DNA from: Naegleria gruberi
Taxonomy: Eukaryota
Assembly: GCA_000004985.1 (NCBI GenBank)
Contig: GG738912.1
Reading direction: 5' to 3' (one strand)
DNA length: 64,000 nucleotides
Below, piece after piece: positions 63,928 to 64,000 of the stretch; the first letter of the stretch is position 1, and the number at the start of each line of letters is the position of its first letter. The notes beneath the pieces were generated by a model, which worked only from the letters and a program-made list of their open reading frames with translations, had not been told where the DNA came from and searched no databases. The translations under genes were made by a program, and so were the position numbers.

Positions 63928-64000
63928 ATGAACTATTTTTAAATCCTTTACATTAGTTTGCTGAGTTCTACATTGTTTGTAATCATCAAATGCACTATCG

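Noticed and set aside
1-64000. CRISPR arrays, prokaryotic defence islands, transposase, reverse transcriptase or integrase ORFs
   Set aside because: No such feature is present. There are no regularly spaced short repeats with unique spacers. The tandem repeats found are either coding (LRR, EGF, VDTYKPPKK) or short promoter duplications. No ORF shows transposase, RT or integrase motifs. The sequence is a spliced eukaryotic locus.

Overview
This is an AT-rich, gene-dense eukaryotic nuclear segment. It carries roughly 38 protein-coding genes on both strands, two Pol III tRNA genes, each followed by a T-run, and one solitary 5S rRNA gene. Introns are short (41-160 nt) with GTAAGT/GTATGT donors and mostly TAG/CAG acceptors. 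Many proteins contain poly-Q/N/S/T tracts. The taxon cannot be assigned from sequence alone; the style resembles an amoebozoan or another AT-rich protist or early-diverging eukaryote. The ORF track often starts an ORF at TTG and breaks genes at introns, so several gene models below were rebuilt by hand across splice sites. Gene content is ordinary eukaryotic housekeeping, signalling and secreted proteins.

Genes I can name with reasonable support:
- thioredoxin
- a USP7-type deubiquitinase
- a UBC4/5-type E2
- a GET2/CAML-like membrane protein
- a COMM-domain protein
- a PAQR receptor
- a Kazal-domain secreted protein
- an SGNH/GDSL esterase
- an ERG4/DHCR7-family sterol reductase
- an MGAT4-like glycosyltransferase
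- a divergent tubulin
- a hemerythrin
- two tandem divergent Hsp70-like genes
- a tandem kinase/pseudokinase
- an NHL + EGF-repeat membrane protein
- several F-box-like/LRR paralogs

No prokaryote-style defence island, CRISPR array or recognisable transposon ORF is present. The observations I consider most worth a second look are:
- an N-myristoylation-motif STAND-like P-loop NTPase whose 5' flank carries a ~130-bp dispersed repeat, with a second copy upstream of the neighbouring USP7 gene
- a CGAAACGTGA motif present in three copies in each of two unrelated promoters, one of them the Hsp70-like promoter
- the tandem Hsp70-like pair, which includes an NBD-only member
- an unusually divergent tubulin
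- a eukaryotic hemerythrin
- several genes with frame discontinuities
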